DNA of 64,000 nt, from positions 396,940 through 460,939 of the forward strand of contig CAVYOP010000014.1 of the NCBI GenBank assembly GCA_963770215.1. The letters run 5' to 3'. Position numbers and translations under genes: made by a program. This stretch comes from an uncultured Acidobacteriota bacterium (GTDB taxonomy: Bacteria; Acidobacteriota; Blastocatellia; Pyrinomonadales; Pyrinomonadaceae). Under the pieces are notes generated by a model. The model was not told where the DNA came from. It saw nothing but the letters and a program-made list of their open reading frames with translations, and searched no databases. This document shows, in pieces, positions 29,677-39,255 of the stretch (the first letter of the stretch is position 1; every line of letters begins with the position of its first letter).

Positions 29677-31250
29677 CAGGTGCGATCGGACGCAAAAACT
29701 TTCTGGCGTCGCATGCTAAAACTGAGAGAGCGATTGAATGATTGGTCGAACAGATCTCGCTTTCGTTCGACCTCGAGCATTTCGTTTGAGCAATCGGCGG
29801 TGCTGCACACTTCCACGTGTAAGTTTTTTCCCTGGTCGTGACACCGAAGATCGAAAATGCGGCTATCGTGACTCCGATCGAGCGCGTCAGCCAGTTTCAC
29901 GATGCCCGCCAGCTTGCAGACGATCTCGCGGTCGGCGAGGTTGAGGGCCGCGAAGTCAGCGTGGCGCTTCTTTGGCAATGGACCACGATGATAGCGCGCG
30001 ATGTTTGCGATAACGGCACGCTCTGCTTCTGAAAAACCGGTCAGCTCAGAGTTCTGGATCAGGTAAAGCGCATGCTTTTGATGAGACTCATGTGCGATGT
30101 GATAACCAATATCATGCAGCAGCGCGGCTGCGAGCATGAGCGTTCGATGATGACGCGAGAGGTTCTCCGCGGGCGAGAGCGAGTCAAAAATTTTCTCCGC
30201 GAGTTTTGCTACTTGCCGCGCGTGAGTTTCTTCGTAGCCAAAACGCCGGCCAACGGCATGCACGCCGTGAAGTTTCTGATCGGCGAAGTCAGGCGCAGGA
30301 CGCGATTCGTCTTCCGACTCGCGCAGACTGTCGATGATTACGCCTTCCCTGAGTGCCCAATCGCAAGTGCGCAGCACATTGATGCCGAGCGCTCGCATCG
30401 CACCTTCCAGTATGTGACTGCCCGCGACGATGATTTCTGACCTTTGCGAAGTTATTCCCGAGAGCGCGCGCCGCCCCGCGGAGTCCAGACTGGCGAGACG
30501 TGCGTTCAAAGCTGCCAGTTGACTCAGCGGAATCTCCGTGTCGGTTGGTTGCACTGCCTGGTTCTTACGGTCATTGTTGTTTGAGACGCCGCGAAGTGCA
30601 GCGCCGATGGCGAGTATCGTTCCGGAAGTTCCGGAAGCATGGTGCCATCTGAAGGTTTGCAGCTCTCGCTTGGGGCGTTCAAAAGCAGCGTGCACTTCCG
30701 TCTTGAGACTGGCGAGCTCTTTTGGTTTGGGCGGATCAGATCGAAGGTATCGTTCGGTTAGACCGACCGCGCCGAGTTTTAGCGAGAACAACGACAGGGC
30801 CGTGCCGTTACGAAAGAGCGAAATCTCTGTGGAACCGCCGCCGATGTCGATATTGATGTTGGTGGCGCCATTGAGCGCGCAGCCGCGCGATGCCGCAAGG
30901 CCGATCAAACGCGCCTCTTCGACACCCGAAAGAATTTCCACTCGCACGCCGGTTTGGTTTTCGACTTCCTTGATAAACTGCGCGGCGTTGTTTGCCTCGC
31001 GCACGGAAGCAGTGGCAACTGCAATGATCGCGTCTGCCTGATGCGCCTCGGCAATAGTCTTATAACGCTGGATGCAGCCAACCGCGCGTTCGATCGCGTC
31101 GCGGGATAGACGTCGGCGGCGCAACGTCTCATGCCCGAGTCTGACGACTTCTTTCTGACGCGTGACGACTGCAAACGAACTGCTGTCGACGGCATCGACG
31201 ACGGCGAGTTTTATGGAATTGGAGCCTATGTCTATTGCTGCAAGTTTCAA
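29676..31250 (-). CDS. ppx: Ppx/GppA-family exopolyphosphatase with a C-terminal HD domain.
   Basis: 524-aa ORF. LAAIDIGSNSIKLAVV and DIGGGSTEI (ASKHA fold). LLHDIGYHIAHESHQKH (HD). Confidence 0.9.
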   Translation of the reverse strand: MKLAAIDIGSNSIKLAVVDAVDSSSFAVVTRQKEVVRLGHETLRRRRLSRDAIERAVGCIQRYKTIAEAHQADAIIAVATASVREANNAAQFIKEVENQTGVRVEILSGVEEARLIGLAASRGCALNGATNINIDIGGGSTEISLFRNGTALSLFSLKLGAVGLTERYLRSDPPKPKELASLKTEVHAAFERPKRELQTFRWHHASGTSGTILAIGAALRGVSNNNDRKNQAVQPTDTEIPLSQLAALNARLASLDSAGRRALSGITSQRSEIIVAGSHILEGAMRALGINVLRTCDWALREGVIIDSLRESEDESRPAPDFADQKLHGVHAVGRRFGYEETHARQVAKLAEKIFDSLSPAENLSRHHRTLMLAAALLHDIGYHIAHESHQKHALYLIQNSELTGFSEAERAVIANIARYHRGPLPKKRHADFAALNLADREIVCKLAGIVKLADALDRSHDSRIFDLRCHDQGKNLHVEVCSTADCSNEMLEVERKRDLFDQSFNRSLSFSMRRQKVFASDRT

Positions 31251-31311
31251 TTACACGCACTCTAGGTAAACTGTGTTACAGGAAAGTAAACCTTAGCTGA
31301 AGTAATTCTGG

Positions 31312-31806
31312 ATGAAAACCCTTTTTCTCTTACGACACGCCAAATCGCATGGGAAAGATGAGACTCTGCCGGACTTTGACCGTCCCCTGACCCGCCGCGG
31401 CAAGCGCACGGCCGAAACTGCGGGGCATTATCTAAGGAGCAACGCCAGCGTCCCGGAATTGATATTGAGTTCACCTGCCATAAGGACACGGGAAACGACT
31501 GAGATCGTGGTCAAAGCTGCGAAGTGGACCACCGAAGTGCGTTATGACCAGCGCATCTACGCTGCCGACGGAACGCGCCTCGCAGAGGTGGTCGCTCAGA
31601 TCGAGAACGATTGGAAAGTGGTGCTGATCGTGGCTCACAATCCGGCGATTGAAGAGTTGGTGTTGCTGCTAACCGGAAATCGCGAACAGATTCCGGCAGG
31701 GAGTGTCGCCAAGATCAAGGTCAAGGCGAACAAGTGGGGCAATGCAGTAGACAAACGAGCCACACTGGAATGGCTGGTTACACCCAGAGAGATCGAGGCT
31801 GATTGA
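31312..31806 (+). CDS. Histidine phosphatase family protein (SixA-like phosphohistidine phosphatase).
   Basis: 164-aa ORF. MKTLFLLRHAKS (RHA catalytic motif), IVAHNPAIEEL. Divergent from ppx. Confidence 0.8.
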   Translation: MKTLFLLRHAKSHGKDETLPDFDRPLTRRGKRTAETAGHYLRSNASVPELILSSPAIRTRETTEIVVKAAKWTTEVRYDQRIYAADGTRLAEVVAQIENDWKVVLIVAHNPAIEELVLLLTGNREQIPAGSVAKIKVKANKWGNAVDKRATLEWLVTPREIEAD

Positions 31807-31872
31807 CACGACCAACAGACCGATCTTCAACCGAACTCGAACTAAGACGGCGCGTCACATCAGATCTAAGTC

Positions 31873-32112
31873 AGCTTGCCTCAAAAGTTTTGTTCCCAGC
31901 GGCTCTGCCGCCGGATGTGAGGCGAGGCTCCGCCTCGCCGTTCGCTGAAGACAAGACGTGGGCTGTGCCCGCGGTTATGGCCTATGGCCCATAAACATTG
32001 GGCCGAGCCCGAACCAGGGGCGAAGCCCGGGGGCCATTCAGCCGGACCGGCGAGGCCGAGCCTCGCCTCACATCCGACGGCAAAGCCGCGGCGTGAGACT
32101 TTGGGGTAAGCT
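31873..32112. mobile_element. MITE-like palindromic element, family 2, copy A.
   Basis: About 70-bp terminal inverted repeats (AGCTTGCCTCAAAAG...GCCGCCGGATGTGAGGCGAGGCTCCGCCTCGCCG versus CGGCGAGGCCGAGCCTCGCCTCACATCCGACGGC...CTTTGGGGTAAGCT). A related copy lies at 44541..44775. Confidence 0.75.
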
Positions 32113-32120
32113 GATTTAAG

Positions 32121-35100
32121 TTAGGATTGAGATGGGCTTCCGTGAAAGGCGATGCGACCGGGAACTACCAGGGTAATAACGGTGCCTGAATCCGGAGAGC
32201 TGGCTAAAGTGAATTTACCGCCGATGCGTTCAGCGCGCTCTCTCATACCGCGCAATCCGAAATGACCTTCCTTGCCTTTCTCTGCCACTTCAGAGTCGAT
32301 GCCCACGCCGTTGTCGCTGACACGCAACGTGAGATCGTGCGCGTATTCGAGTGTTACCTCCACACGGTCACCGCCCGAGTGCGCACACGAATTTCGAATC
32401 GCCTCGTAACCAATCCGGTAGACTTCATCACGAACAACCGGATGTATCTCTCTGGAATCTCCATTTACGGAAAACGAGATCTCGATACTACTCGCTCTGC
32501 CACATTCATCAATCGCTCGGCGAAATGCTTCGGCCAGATCGTTCTTTTCCGTGGTTGATGCGCGCAAAGATATGAAGCGCGGCGCGTCCTTCTTCCGTAG
32601 CCTGTGCCAGCCACGTCGACAACTGTTCCATCGCCCGCACCATGCGCGCGTGATCGGCGGAGTTCTTCAAAGCATGATCCGCAACCATCTTGCTTCCCTG
32701 GACCGTTTGCAGACAAGGTGTCGTGTATTTCGCGCGCTACGCGAGTGCGCTCGGCCAGACGTTCGTCAAAGCGGGCGCTCATTTGGCGAGAAATTTGTGC
32801 CACCCGCAAACGATAGATGAGGACCATCAGCAGAATTCCGAGCGCAACCATCGCGGCGACGAACCAGCGTGTTTGATAGAAGTAAGGTTGCTGCGTGACG
32901 CTGAAAACCACTCCCTGCCGGTCCCAGATGCCATTCCGATTGCAGGCGCGAATATGCAATGCATGCGTCCCGACCGGGATATTGCTGTAGATCGCACGCG
33001 GATCGGTCGGAGCATCGAGCCATTCCGAATCAACTCCGTCCAGCCGGTATTGCAGGCGAATTTTTTCGGGCGCATGAGATTTCGACGGCCGCGAAATGAA
33101 TCTCGACGTGATTGGTTCCCGGTGGCAGTACGACTTCGCGGCCGGCGCGTTCGGTGTTCCTGCCGATAGTCACGTCTGTCAGATAGATCGAGGGCTTCGT
33201 GTTCGTGACTGCGAGGCGACGAAGATCGAACATGGCTAATCCTTTCGGAGTGGCCGCGTAGATTTTGCCATCAGGAGTCAGAGCCAGAGTAGCCACCCAG
33301 GCTAGATGCGTCCTGGCGGTAGTCAACCCATCGGCGGTCGAAAACACTTCATAATCGAGCGGCTCATCGTGCGACCGCGCATGCGTAAAATTGCCCGGTT
33401 GCACCCTGACTGAAGGGAATGCCGCCGAACCATAGTTCTCCCTGTTCAGTTTCGACCAGGTCATAAGCCGATAATTCCTTAATGGTATCAACGCGATCTT
33501 TGTAGAAGCGACGAGTAACTGCCTCCGCAGCCGACCTGGACATTGACGAAGAGGCCGCCGTCTCGATCCTCTCCAAAAGGAACGACCACCACTTTGGGTA
33601 TGGACGCGAAATTCTCAAAACGATCGCCGACCAGCCGGTCAAGTCCATAGTCGCGTGCCGACCCAAATGTTTCCGGCCCGATCCTCAAATACTTTGATGA
33701 TCGGATTAGCTGAAAGCCCGTCAGCGGTCGTAAAGTTGCGAAACTGTCCATTCCTCAGCCGGGTCACGCCGCCGCGCGTGCCGAACCAGATCGTGCCGTC
33801 GCGCGCGGCGACAGATGCTGGTGACTCGATCGTCTGCCAATCCCTGGCTCTTTGAATATTGAGTAAAGTTGCCGTTGTGAAAACGAAAAGCGCCGCCGCC
33901 CCAGGTTCCGATCCATAGATCGCGATTCAAGTCCTCGGCGATCGCATAAACGCAACTATTCAGCAGACCATGCTTTTCGTTGTAGGTTTGAAAACGCGTT
34001 CCATCAAAACGCGCGATGCCGCCGCAATTCGCGCCGGTCCAAACGGACCCGTCGCTGCGCGGCAATCACAGTCATGAGCAGATCGTTAGGCAGTCCATCG
34101 GCGGTCGTGAACATTCGAACCGCACGTGTCTTTGAATCGATACAATCCGTCTCCATTTGTACCGACCCACAAGTTACCGTCGCGATCGCTGTAAAGAGAT
34201 CGAACTTGCATTTCGCGCAGCCACTAATTCAAGCCCCGCAGATGTCGCGCGAAACAGGCCCTCTTCTTTTCCGATCCATATCGTCCCTTGCGCATCCTCA
34301 TGCGCGCGAAATGCGGCGTGTCCAGATCGGGGCAGTGAGTTCCAAGCTTCTCGATTCGTCCATTCGTCTCACGCACGACTCCCTTCCCAGTGCAGTACCA
34401 GGTGTTGCCGTGACTGATCTTTTAGAACATCAAAGATCTCGTTGTCCTTGACTCCCAGTTGAGCGGCGAGTTGAGGGTGAGGCACAACCTCAGAGCCCGC
34501 TAACTCCATGAACCCTTCTCGATTGATTACCAACAGATGTCCATCCGGCGCCTCTCGAATTCGGTGCGTCGCGCACTCGTGGCCCAACGGCCACGAACTG
34601 ATCCCGTTCGTAGCGAAACAGCCCGTCAGCAGTTCCTACCCACAGCACGCCACTTCTACTGAAGCGAAGGCAATTAAAATGGCTCGCATTGCCGGGGCCG
34701 GGATGGTAGGAGGTCAGTCCGCTAAGTGTGAACTGATTGAAACTGGACGAAGGTATGCGTATCAGTCCTTCAAATGTCCCAACCCAGAGATCTCCGTCAG
34801 GGGCTACGGCCAGTGTTTGGGGCCGTGGGTGGTTGAAAAGGTTGAAATTTTTTCCGTCGAACCGAACCAGGCCGAAGCCATTGATGACCAGCCAAAGAAA
34901 ACCATCCTTAGTTTGTTCGGCCTGATCTACTACCGCGCCGGGCAGACCCTTCTCGTCGGTGAAATGAGTACGGAGGATGCTGCTCGCAGGCTGGTTTGGA
35001 TCAAGCGCGCGCGCAGGGATACCTGACATTAAAACGCAGAGGGTGGCGAGCAACAGACATTTAATCTTCTTTGCGATTGTTCACGACGGCTCGACCTGCG

Positions 35101-35122
35101 GATCCCGGACCAGTTGGTCCAT
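32121..35122 (-). pseudogene. Sensor histidine kinase, a close paralogue of 22755..25745, broken by at least eight frameshifts.
   Basis: Fragments are 32121..32567 (HATPase), 32465..32959 (TM plus H-box), 33030..33491, 33364..33666, 33488..33751, 33721..34065, 34369..34587 and 34490..35053. The N-terminal ATG at 35122 is in yet another frame. Many long peptide stretches are near-identical to the intact paralogue. Confidence 0.85.
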
Positions 35123-35204
35123 ATATTAACGTGAGATTCCGGGAAGCGGAATATCCAGGTGAGGAAAGTGGAGTACGAAGAGCCGAGATGCTTCTCAAAT
35201 GCAA

Positions 35205-36032
35205 TCACTTGTACGCGGCACAAGGTGATTGATCGAGACGAACGACCATTGCCAGGGTAAGTCTATATCCCAGGTAAACACTCGTCGGGTTTACTTTAGC
35301 GGCTTGATCGTTACCGCTATGGAGGATTGTCGGCCAGTCGTTACTCATGCCGTGGATTGTAACGGCCGGGATATTCTTCTCGACGAACGAAGTCGAGTCT
35401 GAATTCGCCCCCGGGATGTTGGCGCGCGAGAAAGGCATCTGCATCTCCTTAGCCAGATCGGCAGTGAACTGCGCCAGCTTATTGCTCGACATGTTGTCGG
35501 CCACCTGCGGCGGAGCTAACCCTAAACTATCCAGATTGATCATCGCGCAGTACTCAGCAGCGATTTGATCTTTCTTGATGGCATTCGTCATTGCACGTGA
35601 GCCAACCAGCCCCAGCTCCTCCTTCCCGAAGGCGACGAATACCACAGTCTTCTTAAGCGGAATGTCCTTGAGTGTGCGGTACAGGTGCGACAAGGTGACT
35701 ACGCCAGTCCAATTATCCAATGCACCACAACCTTCTGAGACTTTGTCATAGTGAGCTCCGATGACGATCTTTTCAGAAGACTCTCCCTTCTTAGTCACTA
35801 CAACGTTCTCCACATCCTTGTGCTTATCAATCGTGACATCAGAAGACGGCACACCTGCACGCTCAAAAAGAGACTTAACGGCGTCAAGCCGTTTCTTATC
35901 TTCACAAGGGACTGCGCTGAAATCTTCTTTTATCTGTTCGGGAGTGGAAACCTTGACGCTGGTGTTTTGAGCACCTGCCGGAATTGCTGCTATCAAGAAA
36001 ACCAGGATCGGCAAGAATGATCTGGGACGCAT
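35205..36032 (-). CDS. M28-family metallopeptidase (secreted aminopeptidase-like).
   Basis: 275-aa ORF with a signal peptide. IGAHYDKV, GALDNWTG, FGKEELGLVGS and INLDSLG are metal-ligand motifs. Confidence 0.8.
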   Translation of the reverse strand: MRPRSFLPILVFLIAAIPAGAQNTSVKVSTPEQIKEDFSAVPCEDKKRLDAVKSLFERAGVPSSDVTIDKHKDVENVVVTKKGESSEKIVIGAHYDKVSEGCGALDNWTGVVTLSHLYRTLKDIPLKKTVVFVAFGKEELGLVGSRAMTNAIKKDQIAAEYCAMINLDSLGLAPPQVADNMSSNKLAQFTADLAKEMQMPFSRANIPGANSDSTSFVEKNIPAVTIHGMSNDWPTILHSGNDQAAKVNPTSVYLGYRLTLAMVVRLDQSPCAAYK

Positions 36033-36201
36033 GGGGGATTCTCCATATTAATAAATTGGCCGGGCGAGGACCCGGGCCTTTATAGTATCTGGAGCGCCAC
36101 CATCAGGTAAACAGACTTCTGCTATCACCCGAGAAATCCACGATTTCCCTGCGTCGGGGCTTAATTATTCAAAGGGTCGTTAAGTTTGCCCTGGTCCCTG
36201 C

Positions 36202-36855
36202 TCAGGACGCTTTTCGCCTTCGCCTCGCCGCCAGGAATCCCACGAGGCCGGCGCCCAACGTCAGCATCGTCGCTGGTTCCGGAACCGGTGCTCCGGCCTG
36301 AAAACCAGTCACGGTAACGCGCGCGATCTGATCGACCAGCAATGCCGTTCCACCGGCGTTCTCGCCAACGAAGTCAAGCAACTCCATTGTGAATACAACC
36401 GTTCCACCTTCCGGAGTCGAGAAGACGAATGGGCCGCTGCCGGTCATCCAGTTGACTGCAAAAGTTCGGGTCGCCCCATCCGCTTCTTCAAAGAAGCCGG
36501 TGAAACTCAGAACCCCGATCGGCGTGGTCAGATTTCCTGTCAATGTGATCGGCACGCACGGGCCATCCGTGCAACCGGAATCGCCGGAGTCCCCCGTCGC
36601 TGGTCCGATCTGGTATTGACCAAAAACAAAGTCGAAGGTCTCACCAATCGAAGTCACGTTGAAGTTTTGATTGAAGACTTGTCCAAGAAAGGCTATTTCG
36701 CCTGAAGAACCGACCACCGGATTCTGGGTATCACTACTACCGATGATCGTTAGCGTGTCGGCTTTCGCCGGCGCTTGGAAGAGGACGGTTAGACACAGCA
36801 GAACAACCGCCGTGCATACCGATTTGACGATGAGAGGTGTCGAGATAGACATCAA
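36202..36855 (-). CDS. PEP-CTERM sorting domain-containing protein.
   Basis: 217-aa ORF. N-terminal signal peptide. C-terminal VPEPATMLTLGAGLVGFLAARRRRK (PEP motif, TM segment, basic tail). Confidence 0.85.
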   Translation of the reverse strand: MMSISTPLIVKSVCTAVVLLCLTVLFQAPAKADTLTIIGSSDTQNPVVGSSGEIAFLGQVFNQNFNVTSIGETFDFVFGQYQIGPATGDSGDSGCTDGPCVPITLTGNLTTPIGVLSFTGFFEEADGATRTFAVNWMTGSGPFVFSTPEGGTVVFTMELLDFVGENAGGTALLVDQIARVTVTGFQAGAPVPEPATMLTLGAGLVGFLAARRRRKAS

Positions 36856-37195
36856 ATTCTCCTTCCAGACATTTTGCGAGCAAGATTGGTTTAATTCTTA
36901 ATGGTTTAAACGAAGAATAACGCTCGAGTGTATTTCGCAGGCGGCGCGCACGACCGCAGAGAAGGGATGGCTAGATCTGAACTCAGCCAGCAGCCTGTGA
37001 AGTGTAGAGCGGGCGAGAATCTACCTTTAGCTTGTGTCGAAGTCGTGTCAAAGTCAGGGCTGTCTCAGAAAAAACGAGGAGCGACGAGATCTCCAAAATA
37101 GTGTAGGCTATCGACCTCAGAAAACTGCGCCAGCCAGTCCAGAGCTGGACGGTATTCGTCGATCTTCAGAAACTCACTTCACGGAAGAATCACCG

Positions 37196-38051
37196 ATGGA
37201 TAATCTCGACTCCCTCGTCCGTCCACTTGAAAGTTTCGCGGCAACCAAACCAGGACTATACCGGCTGCGTGTAGGTCTGCTCGCCGCACTTGGCTACGTC
37301 TACCTGCTGTCCATCGTCCTGATCTTGTTGGCGATTGTGGGAGTTGGACCAGTATTGCGAGACACGGCCGTTAACACTCGACGAGCGCTGGGAGCGCGTG
37401 AAGCTGTTGAGTCAGGTCGAGGATGACAACGCAGCGTTACCTTCGCTCAAAGCGATCCTGGATGATAATCCCGAACACACCAGGGCCAATTTCGCGATAG
37501 GCGCGATTCTGCTCGAGCAAGAAAACTCTGCGGGTGTCCCGTATCTCGAAAAGGCAATGCAACTCGAGCCCACGACGAGCGGACATGCAAGCACGCTCCT
37601 TTCGGGTTTTTACTTTGCCCAGGGAAACAAAGCGCTGGCCGAAGAGTTTTCCAGACGCGCGGCAGAGTTCTTCGAGAAAGAACGCAAACAGCGCGAACAG
37701 GCGTTAACTATCACGGCCAACGATCATTTCATCCCGCACGGTCTCGACGAAACCGCGACTGCTCAACTCCGGGAGCAGCTCAGGAAAGTACATGGTTTGA
37801 GCGAGGCGTACTTGGTCCGGAAAGTTCTGGAAGATTCTGACGTGTCGCTATACGTCTTCGCTGTCAGTGCCACCTATACGTGGAGGAATGGTCAACACGC
37901 GAAACACGTCGATGCGCTGTTTGAAGAGTTGTTTCAGATAAACGAATTTCCGGGACCAATCGTGTTTCTATCAGTCGACGGTCAAAATGGTGATGTGCTT
38001 TATAAAATGAGCGCGATTCCCGGTGCGCGGATCTTCGCTGCCGCCGGTTGA
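37196..38051 (+). pseudogene. Hypothetical membrane-anchored helical-repeat protein, frame broken (or internally deleted) near 37330..37430.
   Basis: ORF 37034..37426 from the Met at 37196 (MDNLDSLVRPLESFAATKPGLYRLRVGLLAALGYVYLL, TM segment) overlaps ORF 37335..38051 (TPR-like helical region, LKAILDDNPEHTRANFAIGAILLEQ). Confidence 0.4.
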
Positions 38052-38100
38052 GCAAATTGTAGGGGCGGCGGGCGTGGCCGCCCCTGCATTGCGCGTTTTA

Positions 38101-38866
38101 CTAACCAATGCACTCGATTGCCGCTACCCATTCACAACACGCCTCTTCATGCCGCTCCGGTGACCAATCTCCAGTCCCTTTGAGCATAAAGAGGGAGGCT
38201 TGCGGAATGCCGCAGCAGTCAACATAGTAAGTTCCGAGAATTTCCCAACAAATTATGTTGCTGTTTTCCCGCGCGCCTACCTTGAGAAAACTAAACGCGG
38301 GCGAGTCAGTCTGAGCCGAAGCTTTACTGGTGTTCCGGACCACGTTCCAAACCAGCGGATTGTTTGGCTCCATCACGTGCGGCAGACCATTGAACCACGC
38401 GGTCTCGTCATTGAATATGACGCCATTGATCTTCGTGGTTGCGTGATCGCCGGAGAGAGCGCGGGCATCCATTTCACGTAGACGTTTCTTCATCAATTCG
38501 CAGGCGTGTTGGTCCACGTTGAGATTTATCTTCGCACCCGGTTGGAGAGCCTGGATGTTGTTATCAACCGGTTTCCCTGGTTGTTTACCAAAAGCAAGCA
38601 TGAAGTGATCTGTCACACCAGGCAGCGTGACTTCGATCGTCAGGTATTCGATTGGTTTCGATTGAAACGTTCTCGACTTGCACGAGCGGTTGACGTGTCC
38701 ACCCCTTTTGCAGATCGAGTGATAGCCGGCGTCGTGATCTTGAGAGGTGCTGCGGCTAACTGCGGAACGCGAGCTCCCGTCCTGGTATTCCACTGCGACA
38801 TTCCCTGTATTGCTGATGATGCAATGACAATAAGGCATCCTAATAGCAACGCTGTGTATTTCATCT
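38101..38866 (-). pseudogene. Secreted cysteine-rich hypothetical protein, with a frameshift just after the signal peptide.
   Basis: AGGAG plus ATG at 38866 gives MKYTALLLGCLIVIASSAIQG (in ORF 38640..38951). The mature part is in ORF 38101..39054 and ends CCEWVAAIECIG. The 5' extension of that ORF runs into a MITE. Confidence 0.5.
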
Positions 38867-38983
38867 TTATCTCCTTTGACAGGGCTGGATGAGCAAGGTG
38901 TGCACCTTGTTGGGAGAAGAAGTATGAGAGGAATTTCAGGATAGTTTTCACGCGCGCGGGAAGTCAAGAAACATATGCTTCTT

Positions 38984-39227
38984 GTAGTTGTACAGTTTGC
39001 CTGTCTGTTAGTACGCCGAAGGCGTTCTCTAGTTCCAGCCCAGGGTTGCCTCAACCCTGGGTTGAGTTATGTATTGATCCCTTGAACTCTGAAAGAGTTT
39101 CAATTGCAAACCGAACACTTTCAGTGTTTTCTAATGCTCTTCTCCTGTCCCCCAGGGTTGAAGCAACCCTGGGCTGGAATTAGAGAACGCCTTTGGCGTA
39201 CTAACACATAGTCGAACTGTACTTCTG
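38984..39227. mobile_element. MITE-like element, family 1, single-core copy.
   Basis: Same architecture as 8256..8715: GTAGTTGTACAGTTT...TAGTACGCCGAAGGCGTTCTCTAGTTCCAGCCCAGGGTTGCCTCAACCCTGGG ... CCCAGGGTTGAAGCAACCCTGGGCTGGAATTAGAGAACGCCTTTGGCGTACTA. One diverged core unit. Confidence 0.8.
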
Positions 39228-39255
39228 CCCATCACTCTTGTTATCGCGACTCTTG

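Noticed and set aside
31803-31994. 63-aa ORF and overlapping small ORFs downstream of the sixA-like gene.
   Set aside because: They lie entirely within the family-2 palindromic element. The Arg/Pro/Ala-rich translation is typical of GC-rich hairpin DNA.
38867-39054. N-terminal extension of ORF 38101..39054 (MRQPWAGTRERLRRTNRQ...).
   Set aside because: It reads through the family-1 MITE. A signal peptide with an AGGAG RBS starts at 38866 in a neighbouring frame.
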